A DNA stretch of 63,680 bases, the filler included, from Octopus bimaculoides (taxonomy: Eukaryota): NCBI RefSeq assembly GCF_001194135.2. It is 6 parts of 6 records of this genome, joined end to end, with 100 filler letters (N's around TTAATTAATTAA, not from the genome) between each part and the next. Parts side by side here need not be neighbours in the genome. Positions count along the whole stretch, not along the records: positions 40,177 to 57,393 come from NC_069009.1; positions 57,494 to 60,723 come from NC_068998.1; positions 60,824 to 62,164 come from NC_068983.1; positions 62,265 to 63,680 come from NW_026421832.1; 2 more parts are not named here. One strand, given 5' to 3'. Below the pieces are notes generated by a model. The model was not told the origin of the DNA, searched no databases, and saw only the letters and a list, made by a program, of their open reading frames with translations. A program made the translations under genes and the position numbers. Positions 51,646 through 63,680 of the stretch are shown here, piece by piece; position 1 is the stretch's first letter, and each line of letters begins with the position of its first letter.

Positions 51646-51963
51646 ACATGTGTGTGTGTGTGTGTGTGTGTNNNNNNNNNNNNNNNNNNNNNNNNNNNNN
51701 NNNNNNNNNNNNNNNNNNNNNNNNNNNNNNNNNNNNNNNNNNNNNNNNNNNNNNNNNNNNNNNNNNNNNNNNNNNNNNNNNNNNNNNNNNNNNNNNNNNN
51801 NNNNNNNNNNNNNNNNNNNNNNNNNNNNNNNNNNNNNNNNNNNNNNNNNNNNNNNNNNNNNNNNNNNNNNNNNNNNNNNNNNNNNNNNNNNNNNNNNNNN
51901 NNNNNNNNNNNNNNNNNNNNNNNNNNNNNNNNNNNNNNNNNNNNNNNNNNNNNNNNNNNNNNN

Positions 51964-52598
51964 CATCGTCATCATCATCATCGTCATCATCATCATCATC
52001 ATCGTCATCATCATCATCGTCATCGTCATCATCATCATCATCGTCATCATCATCGTCATCGTCATCATCGTCATCGTCATCGTCATCATCATCGTCATCA
52101 TCATCATCATCGTCATCATCATCATCATTGTTACTGCTGGTGGCTATGACGATAGCAGCAATAATGATGACGATGATGATGATGATAATGAAATTAATGA
52201 TGATAATGATGTCAATGATGATCAGAGCCAATGCCACCACCACCACACACCACCACCACCACCACCACCACCGCAAACACCACCACCACCTTCATCACTG
52301 CTACTACTACCATCGTTACCATTATTGTTGTCATCGTCATCATGACCATCGTTACTACCACCACCATCACCACCATCGTCAGCATCACTATCACTGCTGT
52401 CACCATCCCCATTATCATCATTATCCGCCCCCACCCCCTACAGATCACCAATTTTCCACAGAATATTTAAAGTACAACTTCACAGGAACACATTTCGCAC
52501 TTGACTGATTCAATTAAAGAATTTTTCCATAAAGCAAAGTAATTATAATAATGATTTTAGAATAATAATAATAATAACGATAATAATAATAATAATTA

Positions 52599-52629
<31 letters not shown>

Positions 52630-52677
52630 AATGAAAATAATAATGATAATAATAATAACAACAACAACAACAACAAC

Positions 52678-52733
<56 letters not shown>

Positions 52734-52780
52734 TAATAATAATAATAACAATAATAATAATAATAATAATAATAATCGTA
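51964..52780. repeat. (CAT/CGT)n, (ACC)n and (AAT)n microsatellite field
   Basis: Directly visible; source of poly-D/H/S/I pseudo-ORFs. Confidence 0.95.
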
Positions 52781-52784
52781 ATCG

Positions 52785-53254
52785 TTTCTACTATAGTCAC
52801 ATGGTCTGAAATTTCATGTCAGGTGGGGTTAGTTGATTACATAAACCCCCCCAGTCGTCAACTGGTACTTATTTTATCGACCCCAGAAGGACGAAAGGCA
52901 AAGTCGACCTTGGCGGAATTTGAACTCAGAAAGTGAAGACAGGCAAGCTGGCAGAATCGTTAGCACGCCGGGCGAAGTGCTTAGCGGTATTTCGTCTGCC
53001 GTTAACGTTCTGAGTTCAAATTCCACCGAGGTCGACTCTGCCTTTCATCTTTTCGGGGGGGCCGATAAATTAAGTACCAGTTACGCACTGGGGGTCGATA
53101 TAATCGACTTAATCCCTTTGTCTGTCCTTGTTTGTCCCCTCTATGTTTAGCCCCTTGTGGGCAATTAACAAATAAGAATGTAAAGATAGGCAAAGTACCA
53201 AAGTACCACTGAGCATTTTGCTCGACATGCTAACGATTCTGCCAGCTCACCACC

Positions 53255-53296
<42 letters not shown>

Positions 53297-53507
53297 GCTT
53301 CAAATTTTGCCACAAGGGCAGTAATTTTGGGGGAGGGGATGAATCGATTACATCGACCCCAGTATTTCACCGGTACTTGTTTTATCAACCCCGAAAGGAT
53401 GAAGGGCAAAGTAGACCTCGATGGAATTTTAACTCAGAACGTAAAGATGGCCAAAATGCCATAACCCATTTTGCCCAGCATTCTAATGATTCTGCCAACT
53501 TGCCACC

Positions 53508-53508
<1 letters not shown>
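52785..53508. mobile_element. Four family B SINEs in alternating orientation: - 52785-52938, + 52941-53179, - 53200-53252, - 53295-53508
   Basis: Diagnostic GTCGAC..GCCTTTCATC..TAAGTACCAG motif present in both orientations. Confidence 0.85.
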
Positions 53509-53555
<47 letters not shown>

Positions 53556-54340
53556 TCTTGGTATAAAAGATGGGCTACAGCAAATATTCTGCTTATTACC
53601 ACAGATTTGCTTGTCAGTTGTTTGACTTTAACCAGTTGAGCATGTCCCTTGGTGGCTGACAACTATGTGCATCTCTGATCAGGAGCAGAAGTAGTGGGGG
53701 AGCATCATAGCCATGTGTTGAGAGGAATTCTTTGGGGTTTGAATAATTCACCTTTGGAAACATGGGTGTTTTGCTCAACATCCTTAAACAAACCTTATTC
53801 AGGNNNNNNNNNNNNNNNNNNNNNNNNNNNNNNNNNNNNNNNNNNNNNNNNNNNNNNNNNNNNNNNNNNNNNNNNNNNNNNNNNNNNNNNNNNNNNNNNN
53901 NNNNNNNTTACCCTTATCGGACGGGTAGTCATGATGGGTATAATGGGCTTTCGTATATTTTACCCCAGTGTCTATCATACCCAGCAAAATAAGTTGTGAG
54001 TTTTCATCAAGTAATAATAATAATAATAATAATGGAATTTTGGGGAGTTTGAATAATTCACCTCTGGAAACGGGTGTTTCATTCATCATCCTTAAACAAA
54101 CTTTATTCAGGGACCTTTTGAGGGGGATGGGCCACTTGACTAGAAGAAAATTCTAACTGGGCCCCACCTGCAAGGTCATGCACTGTTTATCTTAATATCA
54201 TGTCACCATGTCACACATATACAGTTGTGATGCATGTGCCTGGTGTACCCTTATCAGACGGGTAGCCATGGTGGGTATACTGGGCCTTCTAGTGACATTT
54301 CAGTGTCACTTTCATGGCATGTGCTGCTCTCTCACTGAAT
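53556..54340 (+). mobile_element. Two family E copies (53556-53972 spanning a gap; 54035-54338), each starting after (AAT)n
   Basis: Shared GAATAATTCACC..GGAAAC..CCTTAAACAAAC.TTATTCAGG and TACCCTTATC.GACGGGTAG.CATG segments. Confidence 0.75.
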
Positions 54341-54360
54341 AATGGTAATATTAATGATGA

Positions 54361-54960
54361 TTTTTTTTTATTGACCTTAAGGGCCCAAAATATGAAAGAC
54401 AATATCAAAGAATGAAATACAAGACACAAAACAGGTAGGGTTTTTGTCAATCAAAGGGTGACACACCAACATTAACACTCATTACAAAATGATATTTAAA
54501 CAGAAATTAGAAAAATAAATAAGAAATAAATGAATAAATAGAATCTCCAAAGGTTGTCCACTTAGGGTAATTCTGAGTAAAACCCTACACAAAAAGTCTG
54601 CCATCCCCAACCATAGGAAAGTGCCCTCTTTCAGTTTCTTTCTTTCGTCTTAGAAAAGTTTACTCTGAATACATCCATTCAGACTCTCCGGTCTTGCCAG
54701 TCTCGTCCACTTTTTGATAAACACACCAGAAGGCAGCATCTCCATCTCTCTGCCCTCATCTTCCTCTTCAAATGATATTTGAAGAAATTGATGAGGGCTT
54801 GACCAGATAGGAGGGTGCCTGTCACCAAACCTTTCAGATGGGTCCACCAAAGAATTTCTTTTGCCAAATAAGCATTGTTTAAATATTCTATAAATGTGAG
54901 ATAAATGATAAAAACAGTTTTGTATTCTATTACTTTCAGAGTAACTGAGATACACGTGAG
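54361..54960 (-). mobile_element. L1/Tx1-like LINE 3' end with 3' UTR and A-tail
   Basis: Minus translation LAKEILWWTHLKGLVTGTLLSGQALINFFKYHLKRKMRAER..FIKKWTRLAR. AATAAAAAAAAA on the minus strand at ~54372-54361. Confidence 0.6.
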
Positions 54961-54999
54961 GAAGACTGCTTCAGGTAAAACGACAAACGACTTTGCCTT

Positions 55000-55810
55000 C
55001 AACATCATCAATACTCTCATTATCATCATCATCATCATCATCACCATCACCATCATCATTGTCACAATCATCATCATCATCATCACCATCATCTTCATCA
55101 GGATCATCATCATACAAACCTCAAACATCATCATAATTAATTACCGTCATCATCACCATCACTATCATCATCATCATCGTTGTCACAATCAACATCATCG
55201 TTGTCATCATCATCATCATCACCATCATCTTCATCAGGATCATCATCATACAAACCTCAAACATTATCATAATTAATTACCGTCATCATCACCATCACTA
55301 TCATCATCATCATCACTATCATCATCATCATCGTTGTCACAATCAACATCATCGTTGTCATCATCATCATCACCACCACAATCACCATCATGATCAACCT
55401 CAGTCATCATCATCATCATCATCATCGTACAAACCTCAAGCATCATCATAATTAGTTTCCATCATCATCATCATCATCATCATCACCATCATTGCCCCCA
55501 TCATCATCACTATTATAATCATCATTATTCTTATAGCCACCACCTCCATCACCATCGTCATCAAAGGCATCATTATCACCATCATCATCATCATCATCAT
55601 TTTTGTCTTCATTATCATTTTCGCAATTATCGATTTCATTGTCACCGACATCATCATCATCACCATCAACATCACTGTCACTTCTTCTCTTACCAGTGAG
55701 TACATCATCATCACCATCATCAAAATCACCACTTCCACCTTGACTACCATCACCTACACCACCACCATCACCACCTCCAAATACCACCACCACCACCACC
55801 ACCATCATTA
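55000..55810. repeat. Degenerate (CAT)n field with ~135-bp higher-order repeats
   Basis: CATCTTCATCAGGATCATCATCATACAAACCTCAAACAT.ATCATAATTAATTACCG at ~55091 and ~55226; a variant at ~55425. Confidence 0.85.
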
Positions 55811-56850
55811 TTACTGCAGCTACTCCACAGAGATTGTTCTAGACAGTCACACCCCACCCGCTCTAGTCTACCCCTTCTCCTCCACCAGTGATTCAATTTT
55901 CTTCAAAAATGTAATCTTCTTTGAAGATGTCGAAGTGTCATTTGCGATATATATTGATACTGTGTATATATATGAGTGTATGTGTGTATGTATATATAGT
56001 GAGAGAGAGAGAGAAAGAAAGAGAAGGAGAGAAAGACAGAGACAGAAAAAGAGAGGTAGAGATAGGTACATATATATATATATATATGTATATATATGTA
56101 TGTAAATACATATATACATACATATATATATTCACATATATTTATATANNNNNNNNNNNNNNNNNNNNNNNNNNNNNNNNNNNNNNNNNNNNNNNNNNNN
56201 NNNNNNNNNNNNNNNNNNNNNNNNNNNNNNNNNNNNNNNNNNNNNNNNNNNNNNNNNNNNNNNNNNNNNNNNNNNNNNNNNNNNNNNNNNNNNNNNNNNN
56301 NNNNNNNNNNNNNNNNNNNNNNNNNNNNNNNNNNNNNNNNNNNNNNNNNNNNNNNNNNNNNNNNNNNNNNNNNNNNNNNNNNNNNNNNNNNNNNNNNNNN
56401 NNNNNNNNNNNNNNNNNNNNNNNNNNNNNNNNNNNNNNNNNNNNNNNNNNNNNNNNNNNNNNNNNNNNNNNNNNNNNNNNNNNNNNNNNNNNNNNNNNNN
56501 NAGACAGAGACAGAAAAAGAGAGGTAGAGATAGGTACATATATATATATATATATGTATATATATGTATGTAAATACATATATACATACATATATAAGTA
56601 TACATATATATTCATACATATATGTGTGTATATATATAAATGTGTGTGTGAGTCTATATATATATACACACACACACACACATATATGATATAAATACAT
56701 ATGCACACATATATTAGTTATGTGTATATATATATACGTTATGTATACATATATATGTATATATATATACATATATATATACATACATATATATGTGTGT
56801 ATGTATGTACATACAACACACTCGTATATGATATAAATACATATGCATAT

Positions 56851-56883
<33 letters not shown>

Positions 56884-56916
56884 CTTGCATGCATACGTTC
56901 ATGTATATTCTTACAC

Positions 56917-56953
<37 letters not shown>

Positions 56954-57206
56954 TATAATTTATTTTGCACACACATGCACGTCTGTGTGTGTGTGTGTGT
57001 ATGCAAGTGTATACATGCATGTGTCTGTGTGTTTATTAACCTGTATGCCATGCAGAACTTCTGGTAGCAACCTACAATCTTAAGAAACTTCACAATTAAC
57101 CGATAAATGCAATTTTCCCCATGCACAGACAACTTACAGACTGCTTAGATTTTGATGCTTTCACTATATCTGTCTGTCAGTCTCTCTCTATCTGTCTGTC
57201 TGTCTC

Positions 57207-57268
<62 letters not shown>

Positions 57269-57270
<2 letters not shown>

Positions 57271-57393
57271 ACGTGGAAGACAATTGGAGATTTCTGCGGG
57301 ACAACCTGTTGAAAGCCACCGACCAGATTTGTGGGTGGTGTAAGGTCCCCTCCCAACCCAGAGTAACGTGGTGGTGGAACAAGGAGGTAGACA
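57269..57393 (+). mobile_element. RTE-clade LINE internal fragment cut by scaffold join
   Basis: NVEDNWRFLRDNLLKATDQICGWCKVPSQPRVTWWWNKEVD; the WWN motif after the endonuclease domain is typical of RTE ORFs. Confidence 0.75.
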
Positions 57394-57493
57394 NNNNNNN
57401 NNNNNNNNNNNNNNNNNNNNNNNNNNNNNNNNNNNNNTTAATTAATTAANNNNNNNNNNNNNNNNNNNNNNNNNNNNNNNNNNNNNNNNNNNN
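57394..57493. other. Artificial scaffold-join spacer
   Basis: 44 N + TTAATTAATTAA (57438-57449) + 44 N. Confidence 0.95.
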
Positions 57494-57532
<39 letters not shown>

Positions 57533-58059
57533 TACACACAAATACATACATATATATGTATGCGTGTGCATTTTATACATACATGCATACATACATACAC
57601 AGATACATACATACATACATACATGCATACATACTTATCGCATCAACCTGTTTTAACTCATTCACCAATCTATATTTCTTATCATATCTTTTTCATTCCT
57701 AAAAAAGAAAAACCATATTCCAATAGTCGATTGAAGAGAGACTCATTACCATTCTTCTTCAAACAAAGAATCTAAAACAAAAAACTGATTAAAAATACTT
57801 CCATAATACCATTTTCTATTTCACTGCAAGATGTTCTGTCCGATACAATTCTTAGATAATTCCAAAACTGTCATTTTCACATAATCGTAAATTACCACTT
57901 TACAAACTCTCTCTATTTCCCACATTCCCCGGTGGATTGTTATTTTGTTGGTGTGTTCGTCCATAATGCTGTTGTTGTTCTTGCTCTTATTGTAGTAGTA
58001 GTAGTAGTAATAGTAGTAGTAGTAGTAGTTGTTGTTTTTTTTCTTCTTGCTGTTATTAC

Positions 58060-58092
<33 letters not shown>

Positions 58093-58094
58093 CA

Positions 58095-58168
<74 letters not shown>

Positions 58169-58328
58169 TATTATTATTATTTATATTTCATATTTATATA
58201 CGTGAGTGAAATAAATCATTATTACTATTATTATTGTTGTTGTTGTTGTTGTTGTTGTTGCTATTATTATTTTCATTATTATTATTATTATTTTTATCAT
58301 CCATTATCATTATTATTATTTAGTAGTA

Positions 58329-58364
<36 letters not shown>

Positions 58365-58407
58365 CTGAAGCATCGGCATTTAGTTCTGATTCTGTCTGGA
58401 TTATTGC

Positions 58408-58439
<32 letters not shown>

Positions 58440-58629
58440 GTGTGTGTGTGCGTGCGTATGTGTGTGTGTGTGTGCGTGTGTGCGTGCGTGCGTGCACGCG
58501 CGTGTAAGTTTGGGAGGGAAGAATTCTTCTGTGACGTTGTTTTGTGGTTTGTCTTCGTATATGTGCGCGCGTGTGTGTGTGTGCGTGCGTGCGTGCGTGT
58601 GTGTGTGTGTGTGTGTGTGAGTGTGTGTG

Positions 58630-58810
58630 AGTGGCAGCGGCGAGCTGTAAGAATTGTTAGCATGCCGGAAGAAATGCTTGGCCGTATTTCGTCCGTCTTT
58701 ACATACTCGGTTCAAGTTCCGCCGTGGCCCACTACGCCGTTCATCCTTTCGGTGTCCATAACACGAGTACCAGTTGAGCACTGGGAGTTGATCTAATCGA
58801 CTTAACTATT
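58630..58810 (+). mobile_element. SINE family B, degenerate
   Basis: GGCAGCGGCGAGCTGTAAGAATTGTTAGCATGCCGG..GTTCAAGTTCCGCCG..GAGTACCAGTTGAGCACTGGG. Confidence 0.8.
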
Positions 58811-58932
58811 CCTGGGTATGAATATAGAAACTGCATCCTTTTGCCAAATCATTTCATGCCAGTGTGGCAGGATAGGTTCACCAAACCAACAAGATCTTAA
58901 GCCATTCTCTAGTAGAGAGAACTTTAATGGCG

Positions 58933-58994
<62 letters not shown>

Positions 58995-59088
58995 ACAGAC
59001 AGACAGAGAGGCAGACTGACAAACAGACAGACAGACAGACATACAGACAGACAGACAGATAGACAGACAGACAGATAGACAGACAGAC

Positions 59089-59139
<51 letters not shown>

Positions 59140-59865
59140 AAAGGTACAAAGGTAATGGATACTTATACATTTTATTCTAGCTTACACGTTTTCCAATAGG
59201 GTGAGAAAATCATAAACGCACTTAATCGATTCTCTGAAGAAGGTAAATTCGATCAATTATGACATCGATTAATAAATGCGATTATTGCGTTAGGGAACTA
59301 CGATTCTCCGACCTTATCGGAAAGTTGCGTAAGCTGAAATAAAATGAATAAATATTCATTACTTTTGTGCCTTCTCTTTGTTACTCTGTAACACAATACC
59401 AATTTTAATTAGTAACTGATCTTTGGATTTACAAATTAGGCCGATGACAATGTGTTAAAGTACGGATTACGTGGATTTCTATATCTATCACACCTCAATT
59501 TAGTTAGCCAGGCTTATTTTGTTTTATTCACTAATGCCTTATAACGTATTCGCCCTAATCCTAAATCCTTTTTTTCATTTGATATAAATATGTGTGTGTG
59601 TGTGTGTTTGTGTGTTCCAATTCATCTTTACACTTTGGCCTTGAATTCAGTGAAACGTGACATTTGTTTTTGCTTTCTTCCCTAGTTCTCTTAATCCTTC
59701 GTGAAGGAGGGTTTAATACTCGAAATATCAGTTGCAAGGATACACTCTATGTCTAAAGATAGATGAATATCGCATAATATTTCTGTCATAGATAGATAGA
59801 TAGTTAGATAGATTGATTGATTGACTGACAGCCAGCCAGACAGGCAGGCAGACAGACAGACAGAC

Positions 59866-59897
<32 letters not shown>

Positions 59898-60210
59898 GTT
59901 GTCGACCTCGGCAGAACTTGAACTCAGAACGTAGCGGCAGACGAAATACCGCTAAGCATTTCGCCCGGCGTGCAAATGTTTCTTATTTCTTTATTGCCCA
60001 CAAGGGGCTAAACATAGAGGGGACAAACAAGGACAGACAAAGGGATTAAGTCGATTGCATCGACCCCAGTACACAACTGGTGCTTTATTTATCGACTCCG
60101 AAAGGATGAAAGGCAAAGTCGACCTCGGCGGAATTTGAACTCAGAACGTAGCGGCAGACGAAATACCGCTAAGCATTTCTCCCGGCGTGCTAACGTCTCT
60201 GCCAACTCGC
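59898..60210 (-). mobile_element. Tandem family B SINEs (partial 59898-59975, full 59976-60210)
   Basis: GTCGACCTCGGC.GAA.TTGAACTCAGAACGTAGCGGCAGACGAAATACCGCTAAGCATTTC occurs twice. Confidence 0.9.
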
Positions 60211-60569
60211 CGCTCTACTGCGTGAGAAATATCGACGCACATAATGTATAAATATGTCTGATTGAGATAAGCACTTACACACTGACACACGCGCGCGCGG
60301 GCATACACATATATACGAACACTCGCACAGACATACACACGCAAGCATACACACGCATGCACAAACACATACATAAACACGCATAAACGTACACACACAG
60401 ACACACACACGCGTATATTGGGGCATGCACACGCATACACATACATACGCTTAAAAAATGCACAAACACATGTATACACTGCATACACGCATACACGCAC
60501 AGAAAGAGACACTCACACATGAATACACATACACACACATAGACACATTCACACCAGCACACGTGCACG

Positions 60570-60608
<39 letters not shown>

Positions 60609-60723
60609 GGTTCCATCAAGGACAAACCAAAGAAAATAAGGAAGAGATAAATTTGACGTCGATCAACGACGGAATTCAGGAAGAAATGTAGGAAAGAAAA
60701 AAAGAAGGAAGGAAGGAAGGAAG

Positions 60724-60823
60724 NNNNNNNNNNNNNNNNNNNNNNNNNNNNNNNNNNNNNNNNNNNNTTAATTAATTAANNNNNNNNNNNNNNNNNNNNN
60801 NNNNNNNNNNNNNNNNNNNNNNN
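60724..60823. other. Artificial scaffold-join spacer
   Basis: 44 N + TTAATTAATTAA (60768-60779) + 44 N. Confidence 0.95.
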
Positions 60824-61020
60824 TATATATATATATATGTATGTATATCTATATATCTATATCTATTTTATTATATGTATTTATTTTCTCTAACTTAATA
60901 ATTAACTCGGAAAAAATAAATTGGTTAATAGATACCAGGGTAGCAAAGATCACAAAATGACTGTGGTGTAACTCCTGTTTATGAGGTAGAAACTCATTGT
61001 TATTTTGGGTACTTGTGTAA

Positions 61021-61306
61021 ATATATAAATTTAGAAAATGGAGTAAAACGCATATGTTAAATGAATTTTTTTATTTCCAACATATGTTTTGAAGATTACA
61101 AATTATACCTCCCATAGGAATAGGTGATGTTGATAATGTCTTACGGTTAAGCTGGTTCCCATGCATTTCACTGAAGAGAAGATTACATCCTTATCAACAT
61201 CACCTATTCCTATGGAAGGTATAATTTGTAATCTTCGAAACATATGTTGGAAATAAAAGAATTCATTTAACATATGTGTTTTACTCCATTTACTAAATTT
61301 ATATAT
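61021..61306. repeat. Long inverted repeat: arms 61021-61136 and 61191-61306, 54-bp spacer, TA-rich flanks
   Basis: The reverse complement of the right arm matches the left arm with only a handful of differences over ~116 bp by eye. Confidence 0.92.
61165..61254 (+). ncRNA. Type I hammerhead ribozyme motif with intact core and extended helix II
   Basis: ATTTC-A-CTGAAGA(61171-77)-GAAGATTACA(61178-87)-[39 nt]-TGTAATCTTC(61227-36)-GAAAC-ATAT-GT-T(61248)-G-GAAAT. Perfect 10-bp helix II, helix III palindrome ACATATGT, helix I of 5 bp after one A:G mismatch. Confidence 0.65.
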
Positions 61307-61969
61307 ATATATATATATATATAACATGAGGATGGAGGATAACAGGCTTTAATAGTAGATCACAACATTTGTTACTGTACACCACCCTTAAGTTGCTGAG
61401 TTTATATTCATATATCATTGCACAAGATTATTCTTTATAATTGATATAGAGTTGAATATCTCTCAGCAACAGTTGTGTGTGGGTGCTCCACTGGGAAGAA
61501 TCCAATTCCAGCCCTAGAATATACCCTGCTGTAGGGTAACATGTGGTAGTCAAATAGTGGCATGTTATGGGTTTTTTACCTGAATTATTCTAAATATTTA
61601 TATACATATATTCTGTTTACTTGTTGGGAAGATCAGCAAAACAGAATTCATTCTAGTGAGAGATAAGTAACACTTAATGAATATGGAAGTTACATATTAC
61701 TTCATTTTATGCTTGGATGATGCTGTAAATGGAGGGGTTTGTATTCATACTGTGCAAAATCCAGTAATCGTTCAGGCTCAATTGACGTGGCTACTTCATG
61801 AGGAAATGTGAGAAATAAAAAAGATAGAGAAAAGACTATGAAAAAGTACGAAGAAAACATTGTATATATGAAGATCCTGTACACCCACAGATAAAACTCA
61901 GAGTAGCAAGTGACTCACTCGACCAAAATAAAATATGTATTTGACCACATGACCACACGACTGACCTGA

Positions 61970-62164
61970 CTATCAGATGTTGTTACACATCATTGGTTAC
62001 AATACACTTTGCATTGTTTTAGCCTTTGAATGGTACTACCTTCTGGGTAGGTGAGCAGGCCGACATTTTCCCCTGGTCAAAAATGGGAGTAGTCCAACAT
62101 GAAAAGAAGTGTTTTCCTCAAGAACACAATGTGCTGCCCAATCTGGGAATCAAACCCATGATCT
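61970..62164 (-). mobile_element. tRNA-derived SINE, family C-related, head cut by join
   Basis: Minus strand GGGTTTGATTCCCAGATTGGGCAGCACATTGTGTTCTTGAGGAAAACACTT. Confidence 0.65.
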
Positions 62165-62264
62165 NNNNNNNNNNNNNNNNNNNNNNNNNNNNNNNNNNNN
62201 NNNNNNNNTTAATTAATTAANNNNNNNNNNNNNNNNNNNNNNNNNNNNNNNNNNNNNNNNNNNN
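62165..62264. other. Artificial scaffold-join spacer
   Basis: 44 N + TTAATTAATTAA (62209-62220) + 44 N. Confidence 0.95.
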
Positions 62265-62460
62265 AAAGTGTTTCGTTAAGAAAACAAGTGTTGCCCGTCA
62301 AGCCAAAAAGATCCTGATATACTTATAACATGAGGGGGAAAATCTTTTAATTGACGTAGCTACCGTGAACGTATGAGAAGTGGGAGGAGCAGACATTTAA
62401 AAATCATGAATTGAAATATTTTCCTTCTTTAAAAAAAAGGTGAGGATGAAATAGTTTCGT

Positions 62461-62670
62461 TTATGGTCAGATTTCCAGCTGGTTGTACGGTAATTTCCGT
62501 AAATAATTTTTATTTATTTCCTTCAGTTTTCATGTCCACTGGAAGGCGACATTCGCTTGAAGTTGAACTTCTCACCGACTTCAGAGCAAATGTCGCCTTC
62601 AAACTGGTAAATAAATAAAAAAATTCTTTCAGAAGTTACCGAACAACTAGCTGAAAATCTCGAGACCATA
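62461..62670. repeat. Imperfect ~210-bp foldback (MITE-like) with a near-perfect central hairpin 62542-62600
   Basis: Left TTATGGTC..AGATTTCCAGCTGGTTGTACGGTAA pairs with right TTACCGAACAACTAGCTGAAAATCT..GACCATAA. Core GAAGGCGACATTCGCTTGAAGT / ACTTCAGAGCAAATGTCGCCTTC. Confidence 0.8.
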
Positions 62671-62997
62671 ATAAAGAATCTTGCAAACCAAATCCAAAAA
62701 CGAAACAATAAACGAAATTATGCCAAAATAGGCTTACGGTGGACCTATTACGCATTTCAAACCTATGAGATTTTTCAATTTACTCTGCAACCAGGCCCGT
62801 CGCCAGACTTCGGTTCCTGGGGGTATTTCAGAATATTCTGAGAGGGAACTAATTTGTAATAATGTTGAAAGTGGAGTTTTGAAATAAGTGTATCACTGTA
62901 AATCTGAGGGTGCACCATTGAATAGAAAAAACAGTCGGGGCACACATGTGGACGTATGCCTATATCATACCTCTACATATGCCTATCCCCAATAGAA

Positions 62998-63309
62998 CAG
63001 GGATTCCCAACCCCTGGAACCCTTTGATTGCTATTTTATTCTGGTGGACCCCTATAGCCATTTGATGTTTAAAAACTAGTTCTATAGTAACTTACTAAAT
63101 TCTTATTTTGTTTTGCACACATTAACTTGTGTAGGTTGAACTACGTTATATGTCAAAGAAACCTAGCTGCTTCTTGCAATACATACCAATACATACATCG
63201 AAAACAAAATTATTTTAGGGGCCCTTAAAATACTATTGTGGATCCCCAGTTTACTATGTAGTTGCGTGGACCCCAAAAAGTTTATGTGGACCCAGGTTGA
63301 GAACAACTA
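62998..63309. mobile_element. hAT (Charlie-like) MITE
   Basis: TIRs CAGGGATTCCCAACC / GGTTGAGAACAACTA; 8-bp TSD CAATAGAA vs CTATAGAA (7/8); internal GTGGACCCC repeats. Confidence 0.8.
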
Positions 63310-63339
63310 CTATAGAAGAAATATTAGTTTTTATTTAAA

Positions 63340-63545
63340 TTGACACCGCTTTAGTTAAGGATTACCAATCAGTATTATTGATTCGATTACACCGACTCCA
63401 ATACTTGACAGATACATTGTTTCATCGACCTCGAAAGAATGAAAGGCAAAGTTAAACTTCAAAGATTTGAACGCACAACATTTAACAGCTATAATTAAAA
63501 AGCCACAAGTATTTCGTTCGATTCTCAAACGATTCGGTCATCCTA
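63340..63545 (-). mobile_element. SINE family B, degenerate
   Basis: TTTCATCGACCTCGAAAGAATGAAAGGCAAAGTT..GATTTGAAC. Confidence 0.6.
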
Positions 63546-63680
63546 TCACCTTTGTCTATTTTATCGATCTCACTACTTACCTTATTTTAACGTGTGTAAG
63601 GAACCCTTTTTTTTTTGTCAAAAATTAGGTTTAAAAAATATGGGAGTTTCTTAAACATGGATAGTATTATAATCCCTTAC

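Noticed and set aside
55452-55808. 118-aa acidic Gly/Asp-rich ORF
   Set aside because: It is the reverse frame of a degenerate CAT/ACC tract.

Overview
AT-rich, gap-ridden eukaryotic DNA, most likely octopus/coleoid cephalopod judging by SINE families recalled from memory. Five artificial 100-bp joins (44 N + TTAATTAATTAA + 44 N) split it into six separately assembled pieces. No intact host gene is identifiable and nearly all listed ORFs are microsatellite, N-run or TE read-throughs. The window is a graveyard of decayed mobile elements: a Penelope-like GIY-YIG fragment, Helitron fragments (two with CTAG 3' ends), CR1-type, RTE, Tx1-like and R4/Dong-like LINE pieces, a full-length DD37D (maT) element, two DD34D mariners (one nested in a hAT element), a hAT transposase remnant, hAT/foldback MITEs and about 30 tRNA-derived SINE copies. 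The main hidden signal is a set of unrelated type I hammerhead-ribozyme-like motifs of the Penelope/retrozyme kind. Two have intact cores (23653-23713; 61165-61254, inside a 116-bp-arm inverted repeat) and several are decayed. Five have a different self-complementary helix III, the hallmark of dimer-activated minimal hammerheads. Weak host-gene traces are a signal-peptide exon at 33605-33670 and an X-box-rich putative promoter near 11.9-14 kb. All calls were made by eye.
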